Assembly (NCBI GenBank): GCA_050700495.1
Contig: JBOHHF010000044.1
Coordinates: 948 to 64,947 of the forward strand
Direction: 5' to 3'
Origin: Pseudonocardiaceae bacterium
Lineage (GTDB): Bacteria > Actinomycetota > Actinomycetes > Mycobacteriales > Pseudonocardiaceae
Length of the DNA stretch: 64,000 nt
The translations under genes and the position numbers were made by a program. The notes beneath the pieces were generated by a model. It was not told the DNA's origin, did not search any database, and worked only from the letters and a program-made list of their open reading frames with translations. The first letter of the stretch is position 1. Each line of letters opens with the position of its first letter. Below are positions 21,901 through 30,542 of this stretch, one piece after another.

Positions 21901-23299
21901 TGCGATCCTGCTGCCGGGCGTCGACGATCGGCAGCAACCGGCGCAGCTCGACGTTCTCGACCGGATCGAGCACCGAGTGCTGCACGCAGGCGGGGACGAG
22001 CTCGCCGGTCTCCGGGTGGGCCATCGCGTAGTGGCAGGACGCGAGCCGCTCCTGGGTGGCGAGAATCCGCGGATCGGCGGCTTTCTCGCCGCGTTGCATC
22101 AGCTCCCACGCCGGCGCGACGTCTGCTGCGTCCATGAACTGGTGCACCACGAACGACACCGGTCGCACGCCGTGTCGCAGCAGGATCGCAACTCCACCGA
22201 CGCGCCGTACGAGGCGGGCGATCCACCGGGCCGCGATCACCACGATCACCGGATGGCGCACGATCGTCCGCACCAGCTTGCCGGCCAGGTCCGGCGCCTC
22301 CACCCCGGTGAAGTTCACCCCACCGAAGTAGCGGAAGAAGGCGTCCCTGGTGGCGCGGTCACCGGCGTCGTCGCCGGTCAGGAACGGGTGCCAGCGTGGG
22401 CCGACGAAGAACCCGTAGGCCGCTCGGTTGCAGCGCACGTCGCCGTGCTGGAACGCGGTGTAGTCCAGCTCGCCGCCCGCACCCCGCTCGATCTCCTGCC
22501 ATACCTCGTCCATGCCGGTCTGCTCGTAGTCCTCGTGCCAGCGCCGGTTGTCCCCGACGAACGCCGCAGGCTGGAAAGAGAACATCCCGAAACCCATCGC
22601 GCGGCAGTCCCGCACGACGTCGGCGACCTGGCCGAGGTTCGCCGGGGTGACGGTCATGTTGTGCGCCAGGAAGAACCGCACCCCGTGCGTGCAGCGCAGC
22701 CGGGTGAACATGTCGACGAACTTCTGCCGGTACGGATTGAGCTCCCGCTCGCTGCCCGCCCGCGGGATGTCACGGCGGCCGAACATGAGCATGTCGAAGT
22801 GCCCGGCGAAGGACAGCCGCCGCAGCCGTGGCCGTCCATGCTCATCCAGCGCGAGCTGCTCCAGATAGTCGTAATCGAAGTCGCCGTGGGACATGCTCAT
22901 CGGCTCACGCCCGTACCGGCGCATGGTCAGCAACGTCGCCGCGTGGTCGTCCGGGCTGAGCAGGGTCACCTCCCCGCCGATCAGCTGCGCGTGGGCCCGC
23001 GGACCACGCAGCCGGCGCAGCAGTGCCATCTGCTTGTCGACCTCGGCGATCGTGTGCGCACCGTCCACGCGGACCCGGTTGGCGTCCCGCGAGTGGTAAC
23101 ACGGTGTGCAGGCCAGGTCGCATCGCGGGAACACCCCGTGGGTTCCCTCACAGCCCACCGCATGCTTGCCGAGGAGCTGACCGGGTGTCTTGACATGCTC
23201 GGGAAGCTCCGCCCAGCGGCGGTCCAGCACGGCGGCGAACTCCGGATCGACCGGCCGGGTTCGGCGTTCCCACCGTCGCAACACATCGATCACGCTCAT
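21890..23299 (-). CDS. radical SAM enzyme, unassigned family (469 aa, hydrophobic helix near C-terminal third)
   Basis: GVFPRCDLACTPCYH contains CxxxCxxC. A long TIM-like region follows (LIGGEVTLL, FFLAHNMTV, FSFQPAAF), then hydrophobic VRHPVIVVIAARWIARLV and a C-terminal Cys/His pair (SCHYAMAH...PACVQH). ATG 23299 follows GAAAGG. Confidence 0.8.
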   Translation of the reverse strand: MSVIDVLRRWERRTRPVDPEFAAVLDRRWAELPEHVKTPGQLLGKHAVGCEGTHGVFPRCDLACTPCYHSRDANRVRVDGAHTIAEVDKQMALLRRLRGPRAHAQLIGGEVTLLSPDDHAATLLTMRRYGREPMSMSHGDFDYDYLEQLALDEHGRPRLRRLSFAGHFDMLMFGRRDIPRAGSERELNPYRQKFVDMFTRLRCTHGVRFFLAHNMTVTPANLGQVADVVRDCRAMGFGMFSFQPAAFVGDNRRWHEDYEQTGMDEVWQEIERGAGGELDYTAFQHGDVRCNRAAYGFFVGPRWHPFLTGDDAGDRATRDAFFRYFGGVNFTGVEAPDLAGKLVRTIVRHPVIVVIAARWIARLVRRVGGVAILLRHGVRPVSFVVHQFMDAADVAPAWELMQRGEKAADPRILATQERLASCHYAMAHPETGELVPACVQHSVLDPVENVELRRLLPIVDARQQDRSAT

Positions 23300-23414
23300 G
23301 TGCACTGCGCCTTTCTGTGCCCTTCCCGTGACCGCGGTTCGCGCCGGCAGACCCTCCGTTGGCCCTGACGTTACCGACCGCTGGGCTGCCAGGACATACC
23401 CGTGGTTTTTCGTT

Positions 23415-23440
23415 GGTCGGGTCGAACCGGTTCGCCGACC
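23415..23440. promoter_or_regulatory. palindrome in the divergent radical SAM intergenic region (operator candidate)
   Basis: GGTCGGGT-CGAACCGGTTCG-CCGACC. The 12-bp core CGAACCGGTTCG (23423-23434) is a perfect palindrome and the flanks extend it with a 2-nt bulge. Confidence 0.35.
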
Positions 23441-23493
23441 GGTGAGAACACATGCTTGTGGCGGCGTAGCGGGGCCGATGAGAGGGTGTGCCG

Positions 23494-23532
23494 ATGACGA
23501 GGCTGGCTCTACGACGAGATTGGCCCCCATGA
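23494..23532 (+). other. 12-codon upstream ORF (MTRLALRRDWPP) with stop overlapping the main ATG (ATGA)
   Basis: ATG 23494 lies 7 nt after GAGAGGG. The TGA at 23530-23532 overlaps ATG 23529 of the fusion gene. Its first six codons encode the same MTRLAL as the main ORF. It is part of a 3-copy 17-18-nt tandem repeat (23494-23546). Confidence 0.3.
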
Positions 23533-25217
23533 CGAGATTGGCACTGTGCGGTGGGACCTACTCCAACCCCTACGCGTTGCGAGCTTTCGTGGCCGACGCC
23601 CGGGGGCGCGGTGCCGGCCGGCTGTGGTGCCTGGGTGACTTCGGTGCCTACGGCGCGGAGCCGGAGGCGATCTGGCCGTTACTGACCGGCAACGGCATCG
23701 AGTGCATCGCCGGCAACTACGAACTCGCCATCGGCCGGGGCGACCCCGACTGCGGCTGCGGGTACGCCGACGCCGACGACAACGCCTTCGCCGCGATCGC
23801 CTATGACTACACCCTGCGGCACACCTCCACGGAGTTCGCGGCGTGGATGCGGACCTTGGCCACCGAGCATCGGGAGACCGTCGGCGGGGTAGCGGTGCAC
23901 CTCGTGCACGGCTCCCCGCTGGCCGTCAACGACTTCTGGTGGGAATCACTGCCTGACGACGCGCACCGGATGCGGATCGAGGCGTCCGGTGCGGAGGTGA
24001 TCTGCTGCACGCACTCCGGGCTGCCGTGGACCAGGCGTTTTTCCGGTTCGGGCCGCGACACCCTGGTAGTTAACGTCGGGGTGCTCGGCCGGCCGGCCAA
24101 CGACGGTGGCCAACACGTCTGGTACGCGCTGCTGGACTGCGCCGACGGCCACACCACTGTCGACCTGGTGGCCCTGGACTACGACTGGCAGGCGCACGCC
24201 GCCTCGATGCACGACGCCGGGTTACCGGAGGCGTTCACCCAGGCCGTGGAGACCGGATGGTGGACCACCTGCCTGGAGATCGTGCCGCCGGTGGAACGTT
24301 CCCGTGGTCGCTTCCAGCTCTACAAATCGGCGATGCCGTCCTTCGCCGGCGCGGCGGTCTCCTGGGCGGCAGCGCCGGAGATCCCGGACAACGGCCTGCC
24401 GGTGCTGCCGCTGTTCGGCTCCGCGCTGTTCCCGCCCCGCCTGTGGCTCTACATCAACTTCCACTGCAACCTGGCCTGCAGCTACTGCTCGGTCGCCTCG
24501 TCCCCGCTGGCCCGCCGTCGCCAGCTGGGCCTGCCCCGCTTCCGGGAACTGGTGGACGACGCGGTCGCGGAGGGCTTCACCGAGCTGTACGTCACCGGTG
24601 GCGAGCCCTTCCTCGAACGCGACCTTGTCGAGATGCTGCTGTACGCCACCGAGCAGCTCGACGTGGTCTGCCTGACCAACGCCATGCTGTATCAGGGCTG
24701 GCGACGCACCCAGCTGGAGCGGCTGGCCGGACGCCAACGGCTGATCCTGCAGACCTCACTGGACGGAGCGCAGGCCGATTTCCATGACGCCTACCGGGGG
24801 CCCGGGTCCTGGGCCAAGGCGATGGACGGCCTGGACGTGGCCCTGTCACTGGGGCTGCCGGTACGGGTAGGCATGACCGAGACGGCGCAGAACTCCACCC
24901 AGATCGAGCCGCTGCGGGCGCTGCTGGCCGCCAAGGGGATACATGGCCGGGACTTCGCAGTGCGGCCGCTGGTCAAGCGGGGATTCTCCGTCGACGGGGT
25001 GGCCATCAGCGAGGACAACACCGTGCCGGAGCTGACCGTCACCACTGACGGATGGCACTGGCACCCGGCCGGCGCTGACCTCGACACCTCGCCGGACATG
25101 CTGCTCGCCGGACCCGACGTCAGCATGGCCGAGGCCAAGCGGCGCGCGGTGGAGTTGTTCCTGCGGCTTCGCCAGCGCGACGGCTCACTACCGCTGGTCT
25201 ACAACTGTGCCGTCTAA
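23529..25217 (+). CDS. metallophosphoesterase (CGCGY subfamily) - radical SAM fusion protein
   Basis: 562 aa. The N-terminal half has LGDFGAYG, IAGNYE, GDPDCGCGYAD, VHGSP, CCTHSG and GVLGRPANDG (calcineurin-like fold). The C-terminal half has LYINFHCNLACSYCSV (CxxxCxxC), YVTGGEPF and LQTSLDG, with no SPASM-type Cys cluster. Confidence 0.8.
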   Translation: MTRLALCGGTYSNPYALRAFVADARGRGAGRLWCLGDFGAYGAEPEAIWPLLTGNGIECIAGNYELAIGRGDPDCGCGYADADDNAFAAIAYDYTLRHTSTEFAAWMRTLATEHRETVGGVAVHLVHGSPLAVNDFWWESLPDDAHRMRIEASGAEVICCTHSGLPWTRRFSGSGRDTLVVNVGVLGRPANDGGQHVWYALLDCADGHTTVDLVALDYDWQAHAASMHDAGLPEAFTQAVETGWWTTCLEIVPPVERSRGRFQLYKSAMPSFAGAAVSWAAAPEIPDNGLPVLPLFGSALFPPRLWLYINFHCNLACSYCSVASSPLARRRQLGLPRFRELVDDAVAEGFTELYVTGGEPFLERDLVEMLLYATEQLDVVCLTNAMLYQGWRRTQLERLAGRQRLILQTSLDGAQADFHDAYRGPGSWAKAMDGLDVALSLGLPVRVGMTETAQNSTQIEPLRALLAAKGIHGRDFAVRPLVKRGFSVDGVAISEDNTVPELTVTTDGWHWHPAGADLDTSPDMLLAGPDVSMAEAKRRAVELFLRLRQRDGSLPLVYNCAV

Positions 25218-25272
25218 GCTGGATCACGACGCTGTCTGCCCCGATGCCGCAGCTGCTGACGGAGGTGATCCA

Positions 25273-25572
25273 GTGATCGCGAAGTTTGACGCCGTGCATG
25301 ATCAGATTGCGGAGCTCTGCCGTCGTTACAGGATCGCTGAACTCAGCGTGTTCGGCTCGGTCGCACGTGGTGACGATCGTCCCGGCAGCGATATCGACCT
25401 GCTATACGTGTCTGCGTCAGGCAGCACGAGTTCTTTGTGGGAGCTATGGGAACTGCGCGACGAACTAACGCAGCTACTCGGCCGCAAGATCGACTTGGTG
25501 TCAAAGGACAATCTGCACTGGGTGATCAGGGACCGCGTTCTCAACGAAGCTAGGCCTGTGTATGCTGCGTGA
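25273..25572 (+). CDS. MNT-type nucleotidyltransferase antitoxin
   Basis: FGSVARGDDRPGSDIDLLY is the minimal nucleotidyltransferase motif. GTG 25273 follows GGAGGTGA. It overlaps the next gene by 11 nt. Confidence 0.8.
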   Translation: MIAKFDAVHDQIAELCRRYRIAELSVFGSVARGDDRPGSDIDLLYVSASGSTSSLWELWELRDELTQLLGRKIDLVSKDNLHWVIRDRVLNEARPVYAA

Positions 25573-25930
25573 CAATCTCTACCTCGCTGAGATCGTGGAG
25601 GCGATCGACCGGATCACTCGCTGGCTCGATGGAATCGACGAGGACGGATGGGACGGCGATGAGATGCGTCGTGCCGCCGTACTGCAGCAACTGACCACGA
25701 TCGGCGAAGCTAGCCGCAGTGTCAGTGACCAGCTACAAGAACGGCATCCGGATGTGCCGTGGCGACGGATCGCGGACTTTCGAAATGTGGCGGTGCACGA
25801 GTACTTCTCCATCGAGTGGTCGTTGGTCTGACGCTTGGCGCAGGATCGGTTGCCGATTCTGCGATCCCAGATCATGAAGGTGATCGAGGTAGATTTTCCC
25901 GATATTGGTTCGCGGTTCGAAGAACGCTGA
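25562..25930 (+). pseudogene. HepT (DUF86, HEPN) toxin with in-frame TGA at a conserved Trp
   Basis: The RNVAVHEY Rx4HxY motif is present. The ORF stops at TGA 25829-25831 in ...SIEWSLV-TGA-RLAQDRLPILRSQI..., where the family has V-W. The same frame stays open for 32 more codons to TGA 25928-25930. Confidence 0.75.
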
Positions 25931-26033
25931 CGATAGGCGTTTGCCGTGCCCATCTCAGAGATCAAACTCGTCCAGGTCGTCCGGCTTGTCCGGGACAGCG
26001 GCGCTCCGTTGCGACATCGCGATGTCGGGCGAG

Positions 26034-26858
26034 CTATTCGCCCACCGGTTGGCTGCGGGTAACTTCACGATGCTGGCCCCGGTACTGCCAACGCAGCCGC
26101 CAGGGTCGCAGGGCGGACTCGACCTTGACACGAAAGTCCATCTTGGACTGACCGACGGCGCGGTCGGTGAAGTGGATGGGTATCTCCATGATCCGGCAAC
26201 CCCGCCGGCGGGCAAGGAAATTCATCTCGACCTGGAATGCGTAGCCGTTGGATCGAACGCGGACGAGATCAAGACTTCGGAGTTCATGGGCGCTCCACAG
26301 CTTGAAACCGGCCGTGGCGTCCTGGATGGTCAGGCCGAGGACGCGGTTGGCGTACCAGTTCCCGAATCCTGACAAGTACTTGCGGTGGATGCCCCAGGCG
26401 CTGTCGATACTGCCGCCGGGCACGTAGCGGGAGCCGATCACGAGATCCGCGCCCGTCCGCAATGCGGTACGCAGCAGCCGGGGAATCGCGTCTACTGGAT
26501 GGGAGCCGTCCGCGTCCATCTGTACGATCCACTCCGGCTCGTCGGGCGCGCCGGGGAACTGGTCGGTGTAGCCGTTGAGCGCGGCGGTGAACCCTTCCAC
26601 GTAGGCGCGACCCAGTCCGTCCTTCATCGTGCGGTGCAGGACTGATACGCGCTCGTGGGTCTGGGCCAACTCGTCAGCCAGCTTGCCGGTGCCATCCGGC
26701 GAATCGTCATCAACGACGAGAACTCGGAGCCCTTCCAGGGGCAACGCGAGCAACGCGTCCACCAGCGTCGGCAAGTTGTCCGCTTCGTTGTAGGTGGGCA
26801 CTACCACCGTCACCGGCGTGCGCCACTCGTCGCCGCGCAGCTCGGCGAATTCGGTCAC
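26034..26858 (-). CDS. GT2 polyprenol-phosphate mannose/glucose synthase (DPM1/Ppm1-like)
   Basis: VVVPTYNEADNL, VLVVDDDSPDGT, IVQMDADGSH and GSRY motifs, with a C-terminal FKLW...NGYAFQVEM segment. Confidence 0.8.
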   Translation of the reverse strand: MTEFAELRGDEWRTPVTVVVPTYNEADNLPTLVDALLALPLEGLRVLVVDDDSPDGTGKLADELAQTHERVSVLHRTMKDGLGRAYVEGFTAALNGYTDQFPGAPDEPEWIVQMDADGSHPVDAIPRLLRTALRTGADLVIGSRYVPGGSIDSAWGIHRKYLSGFGNWYANRVLGLTIQDATAGFKLWSAHELRSLDLVRVRSNGYAFQVEMNFLARRRGCRIMEIPIHFTDRAVGQSKMDFRVKVESALRPWRLRWQYRGQHREVTRSQPVGE

Positions 26859-27122
26859 GGAGTGCTCCTTGGGACGTCAACGTGTTCATAGCGCAGCACG
26901 AACTTCGACGAGCGGGTCGCCGAACCGGCGCACGGCAAACGATGGCAACCGTAGCTGGTCCCTGGTGTGGAACAGCGCAGCGCGTCCGAGTTGGTAGGAC
27001 AACACCCTCAATGTGTATCAGGCAGGGCTGAACACCCCGTCCCGCAGATGGAAACACGACCATCAGCTTCCGGTATGGGAAAAGCAGCGAATCACGGCTA
27101 GCGCGCCCTGAGCCAGCTTCTT

Positions 27123-27917
27123 TCAGCTGTTCACGATGGAGTCCCGCCCTGCCTGCTCTGGGCGGATCACTGGACGGGGTCGCGCCGCCTCGAGGGCACT
27201 GAGCGGCAGGAGGGGCAGGCGGCCCTGTCCGTCGCCGAGAGCGGCGGTGCGCAGCGCGAGATAAGCGGGGTCCGTACGCGCGACCTGCTCCCCCTCGCAC
27301 ATGCCGTAGTACTCGTCGAGGAACGCCGCAACAAGCGACCCGTCGACGTCCGGTCCGGGCGCGCCGATCGCGATGAGGAGCAGCCCATCCACGCGGGGGG
27401 AACCCGGCCTCAACGACGGCTGAACGTACGGCAGGGGCAGCAAGTGGCTCCCAACCCGGTCGTAGAAGCGGATCCGGGCGACAGGGTCGCCGGCGTCGGT
27501 CGCCGCGAAGCACCGCGGGTCCTCAATCTCGGCGAGCACCAGAGGGGCCGGCGCTCGGCGGGGCGCTGTCCCGCTGAGCAGCCGCGCCCCGATTCCGCCG
27601 CTGCGGGCCGTCGCCGCCACAACGAGGTAGGCCACGAGGAGCACGCGCGCCCCCAGGTAGTCCTCGGTGACGATGCCGGCGACGGGCTCGTCGACGTCGA
27701 ACAGGATGGTGCCCCTCGTTGACGGCTCCAGCCGTGCGTCGCGTAGCTCCTCGTATGCCATCAGCTCGGCGGGCGGGAACGCCGGCTCCAGCAGAGTCGT
27801 GTGAAAACGCCGGAGCGTCTCGTCATCGACCTCCACGAGCGGTGCGGCGGTCAGCCCACTCCAGGTATGAGGGTCCTCGTCTTCACGTTCGCCAGAGCTC
27901 GCAGGAGGTGGGGCCAC
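27123..27917 (-). CDS. GNAT-family acetyltransferase-like protein
   Basis: LLVAYLVVAATARSGGIGARLL resembles the acetyl-CoA-binding motif A (R/Q-x-x-G-x-G/A). No other domain was recognised. Confidence 0.55.
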   Translation of the reverse strand: MAPPPASSGEREDEDPHTWSGLTAAPLVEVDDETLRRFHTTLLEPAFPPAELMAYEELRDARLEPSTRGTILFDVDEPVAGIVTEDYLGARVLLVAYLVVAATARSGGIGARLLSGTAPRRAPAPLVLAEIEDPRCFAATDAGDPVARIRFYDRVGSHLLPLPYVQPSLRPGSPRVDGLLLIAIGAPGPDVDGSLVAAFLDEYYGMCEGEQVARTDPAYLALRTAALGDGQGRLPLLPLSALEAARPRPVIRPEQAGRDSIVNS

Positions 27918-28091
27918 GATCCCATTTTTCCATTCGGAGGCGCGGACGCGCCAGGCGCAGGTAGACGACTGAACCTGCCTGGGTCATTCTGAGGTCGTAG
28001 CCTCGCAGCCGAGGGGTCGTAGGACGCTCCGCAGGCGTCGGCCTCCGGAGCCGCCTGCGTTCCCTCGCGGACCATGACGAGAGGAGGCGCT

Positions 28092-30542
28092 ATGTTCATC
28101 GGCCGGGCGATCTGATCGCCAAGATCTACGAGTTCAGCGCCAACGACATCTTCGGAGAACTGGGAACCGGCAAAACCTCAATCCTTCAGCACCTCGAACA
28201 GAACCTCACAGTTGACGCGCAGGACCCGCGCCCGGTCCGTGTCAACCTTGAGGACTTCAACCCGGGGCACCGCGGCGAGCATGGGAGGGAGGCCTCCCTC
28301 GGGGCAGTGCAGGGAAGCTTCCAGCAGTTCTCCGCGCTGCTCGAGACCCTGGTCCAGCAGGCGTGCCCGGAAGCCCTCGGAGGCTTCCAGGCCGATGTCG
28401 CCAACGCGCGGAACGCGGAGGTGCTGGGCGCCAGGGTGTCCAGCCTCGAGGAGAGCATGGAAGAGTTAGAGCGCCTGCTCGATCCCCAGGACCTCGCCAC
28501 GGCCTGGCGCTCGGCCAAGGCCGTCGTCGCCGACAGCTTCGTCTCCCGCTGGAATGCGGCGGCGACGAGGCGCACGCTGCTCATCGACAACGTCGACGAG
28601 GTCGCTGACCAGGAGATCGGCACCTGGGTGGGAGAGTTGCTTGCGCGCCTGACCCGGACGACCGTGATTCTCACGCGAACACCCGAGGGGCACCCCTTCC
28701 CCTGCCTGCGCATGTGGTTCCCATCCCGATCACCAACTTCGACAAGCGCGAGGTGCGCGAGTATCTCGACGAATCAGCCAAGCTGGCTCGTCCTCCTCGC
28801 AAACCCGTCTCAGAACCTCTCGCGGAGGAGGTACACAACGTTAGCCAGGGTCATCCGGCGACGGTCGCCGCCGTCGATGAGCTGCTGTGGGGCTCCGACG
28901 CCCTCCCCGGTACGGACCCGCGCGAGTTCCTCCGCGACCTTGACAAGCTGCCGGATGAGGAGAGGGCGGCGGCTCTCGTCGAGCGACTGGTGCGAGACGA
29001 CGACGTCCTGGAAAGGGCACTGTGGGCAGCAGCGGTGCCACGCCAGTTCGACGCGCGCCTGCTGGAGGATCTGCTCGCCGACCCACCCTTGTCCCGCAAC
29101 GACCAAAATCGCGTGTTCGAGAAGCTGGAGGGTTTCACGTTCACCGAGGAGCTCCCGCCGGACGAGGAGCTCCCGCCTCGCTTTCGACTGCACTCGTATG
29201 TGCGCAACGGGCTGCTCCAGCGCATGTGGCGGACCGATCCTAAGCGCCTCGACGCCCTCCACGCGCGCGCGGCTGACCACTACATACGCGATCTGATAGC
29301 GGCGGGCCAGGACGGCAGTGCCTACTGCTACGGGGACGCGTTCATCTACGAGGACCCAGTGTGGCAACGCAACAAGCGCGAGTGGCTCTACCACCGGGGG
29401 CACGCCACCAGCGAAGACGCCCAGCTCAACGCCCTGCTCGAGTTCACCCGCTTGTTCCTCGACGCGTTCTGGTGGTGGGGGAACTACATCCACTTTGATT
29501 TCTGTGACCAGCTCGTTACCGACCTCGCGGACAGCCGGGTGCCGAAGGGGCGCCGGGTGCCGAAGGGGCGCCGGGTGCCGAAGTTGGAGGCGCTAAGTCA
29601 GGACCTGCGATGCATCCTCCGCGAGTATCCGTTGCGGTCGGTGAAGTCACAAGGCGCCAAATGGGACGACGTGCGGGAGGCACTACTGGACGTGCGGCGG
29701 CTGTGCGGCCTCCAGACCCGTGATGACCGCCGGCTGACCAAGGACCAGCGTCATGTTGCGGCGCTGCTCCTCGTGTTCCTAGCTCACACTTATCGTTACC
29801 AGGCACCCGAGCAACCGGAGGCGGACCAGTGCTACAGCCGAGCAGCGGACCTGTTCGCACAAGACGAAGACTGGAGCGAGGCGTGGGTCGCCTTCGAGCG
29901 CGCCGACTTGCGCCGAGAGTGCGGCGAGACGGATGCCGTCCCCGATCTCTGGCGACATGCCGCCGGACTAGTGCAGCCGGACGAGGTTGAAGCAGCAAGC
30001 ATCGAGATCGCGAGCGAGGCACAGGCTGCGGCCGCGCAGCAGGCCAAGGATGCGGTCGACCAGGAACTGGTGAGCAACCTCCACTGGTTGCGGGGCGACT
30101 GCTGCTTGGCGAGTGGTGACGAGGCGCGCTCGGCCACGTGGTACGGGCGCGCTGTCTTGCACGCATACCTCTTTCATCTCGTCGGCGGCCCGCCTGACGA
30201 CTACACACTGCAGTTCTACGTTGACCTTCGCGCACGGGCACTGAGCCTGCTCTTCCACGTCTGGCAGCGGGGAGACCAGGACGCGGCTGTCGCTCTGGCG
30301 ACCGAGATGGCTCGGGCCTTCCCCGCGACGCCTGGCCGAGAGCCGGTCGTAGGCCGGATCAGCTGCGACTGCTGCTGGCGGGCGGGAAGCCCGTGCCGCT
30401 GGCGCACGCGCTGTTCCCCCGAGGCCCGGAGGTGTCGGAGCTCGGAAGCCAAAAATCGCCGTTCATCAAGGAGTTCAACGCGCTCGAATGGGCACTCCAG
30501 CAGCGGGCATTGGGCGACCTGCACGACCCGGCATGGCCGTGA
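28092..30542 (+). pseudogene. STAND-type P-loop NTPase with helical-repeat C-terminus, three frameshifts
   Basis: MFIGR (ATG 28092 after GAGGAGG) stops after 7 codons. Walker A GELGTGKTSIL is in the -1 frame, as are Walker B LLIDNVDEV and TVILTRTPE. The text continues in the next -1 frame from about 28700 (IPITNFDKREVREYL ... long helical region). The last 60 codons (PDQLRLLLAGG...HDPAWP) are again -1, from about 30345 to TGA 30540. Confidence 0.7.
29536..29583 (+). repeat. perfect 18-nt tandem repeat, 2.7 copies, inside the NTPase gene
   Basis: (CGGGTGCCGAAGGGGCGC)x2 plus a 12-nt partial copy, encoding RVPKGRRVPKGRRVPK. Confidence 0.95.

Noticed and set aside
21890-23299. Assigning the 469-aa radical SAM to a named family (SPASM peptide maturase, B12-dependent methylase, HpnH-like, tetraether-lipid-synthase-like).
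   Set aside because: No SPASM Cys cluster, no cobalamin-binding domain and no adjacent precursor peptide are present. I cannot recall a matching signature with confidence. It needs an HMM or structure search.
21769-25831. Idea that TGA is reassigned genome-wide (to Trp or Cys), because two in-frame TGAs lie 4 kb apart.
   Set aside because: Many clearly complete genes in the window terminate at TGA at the expected family end-point (for example whiA, gap, pgk, zwf, sufB). The two sites correspond to different amino acids (Cys versus Trp), and a third in-frame stop is TAG.
29536-29583. CRISPR-like or other arrays, considered for the 18-nt tandem repeat, the 17-18-nt repeat at 23494-23546 and the 18-nt repeats at 7979-8018.
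   Set aside because: The units are contiguous or nearly so, with no spacers of spacer-like length, and there are only 2-3 copies. Two of the three repeats lie inside coding sequence. No cas genes are present.
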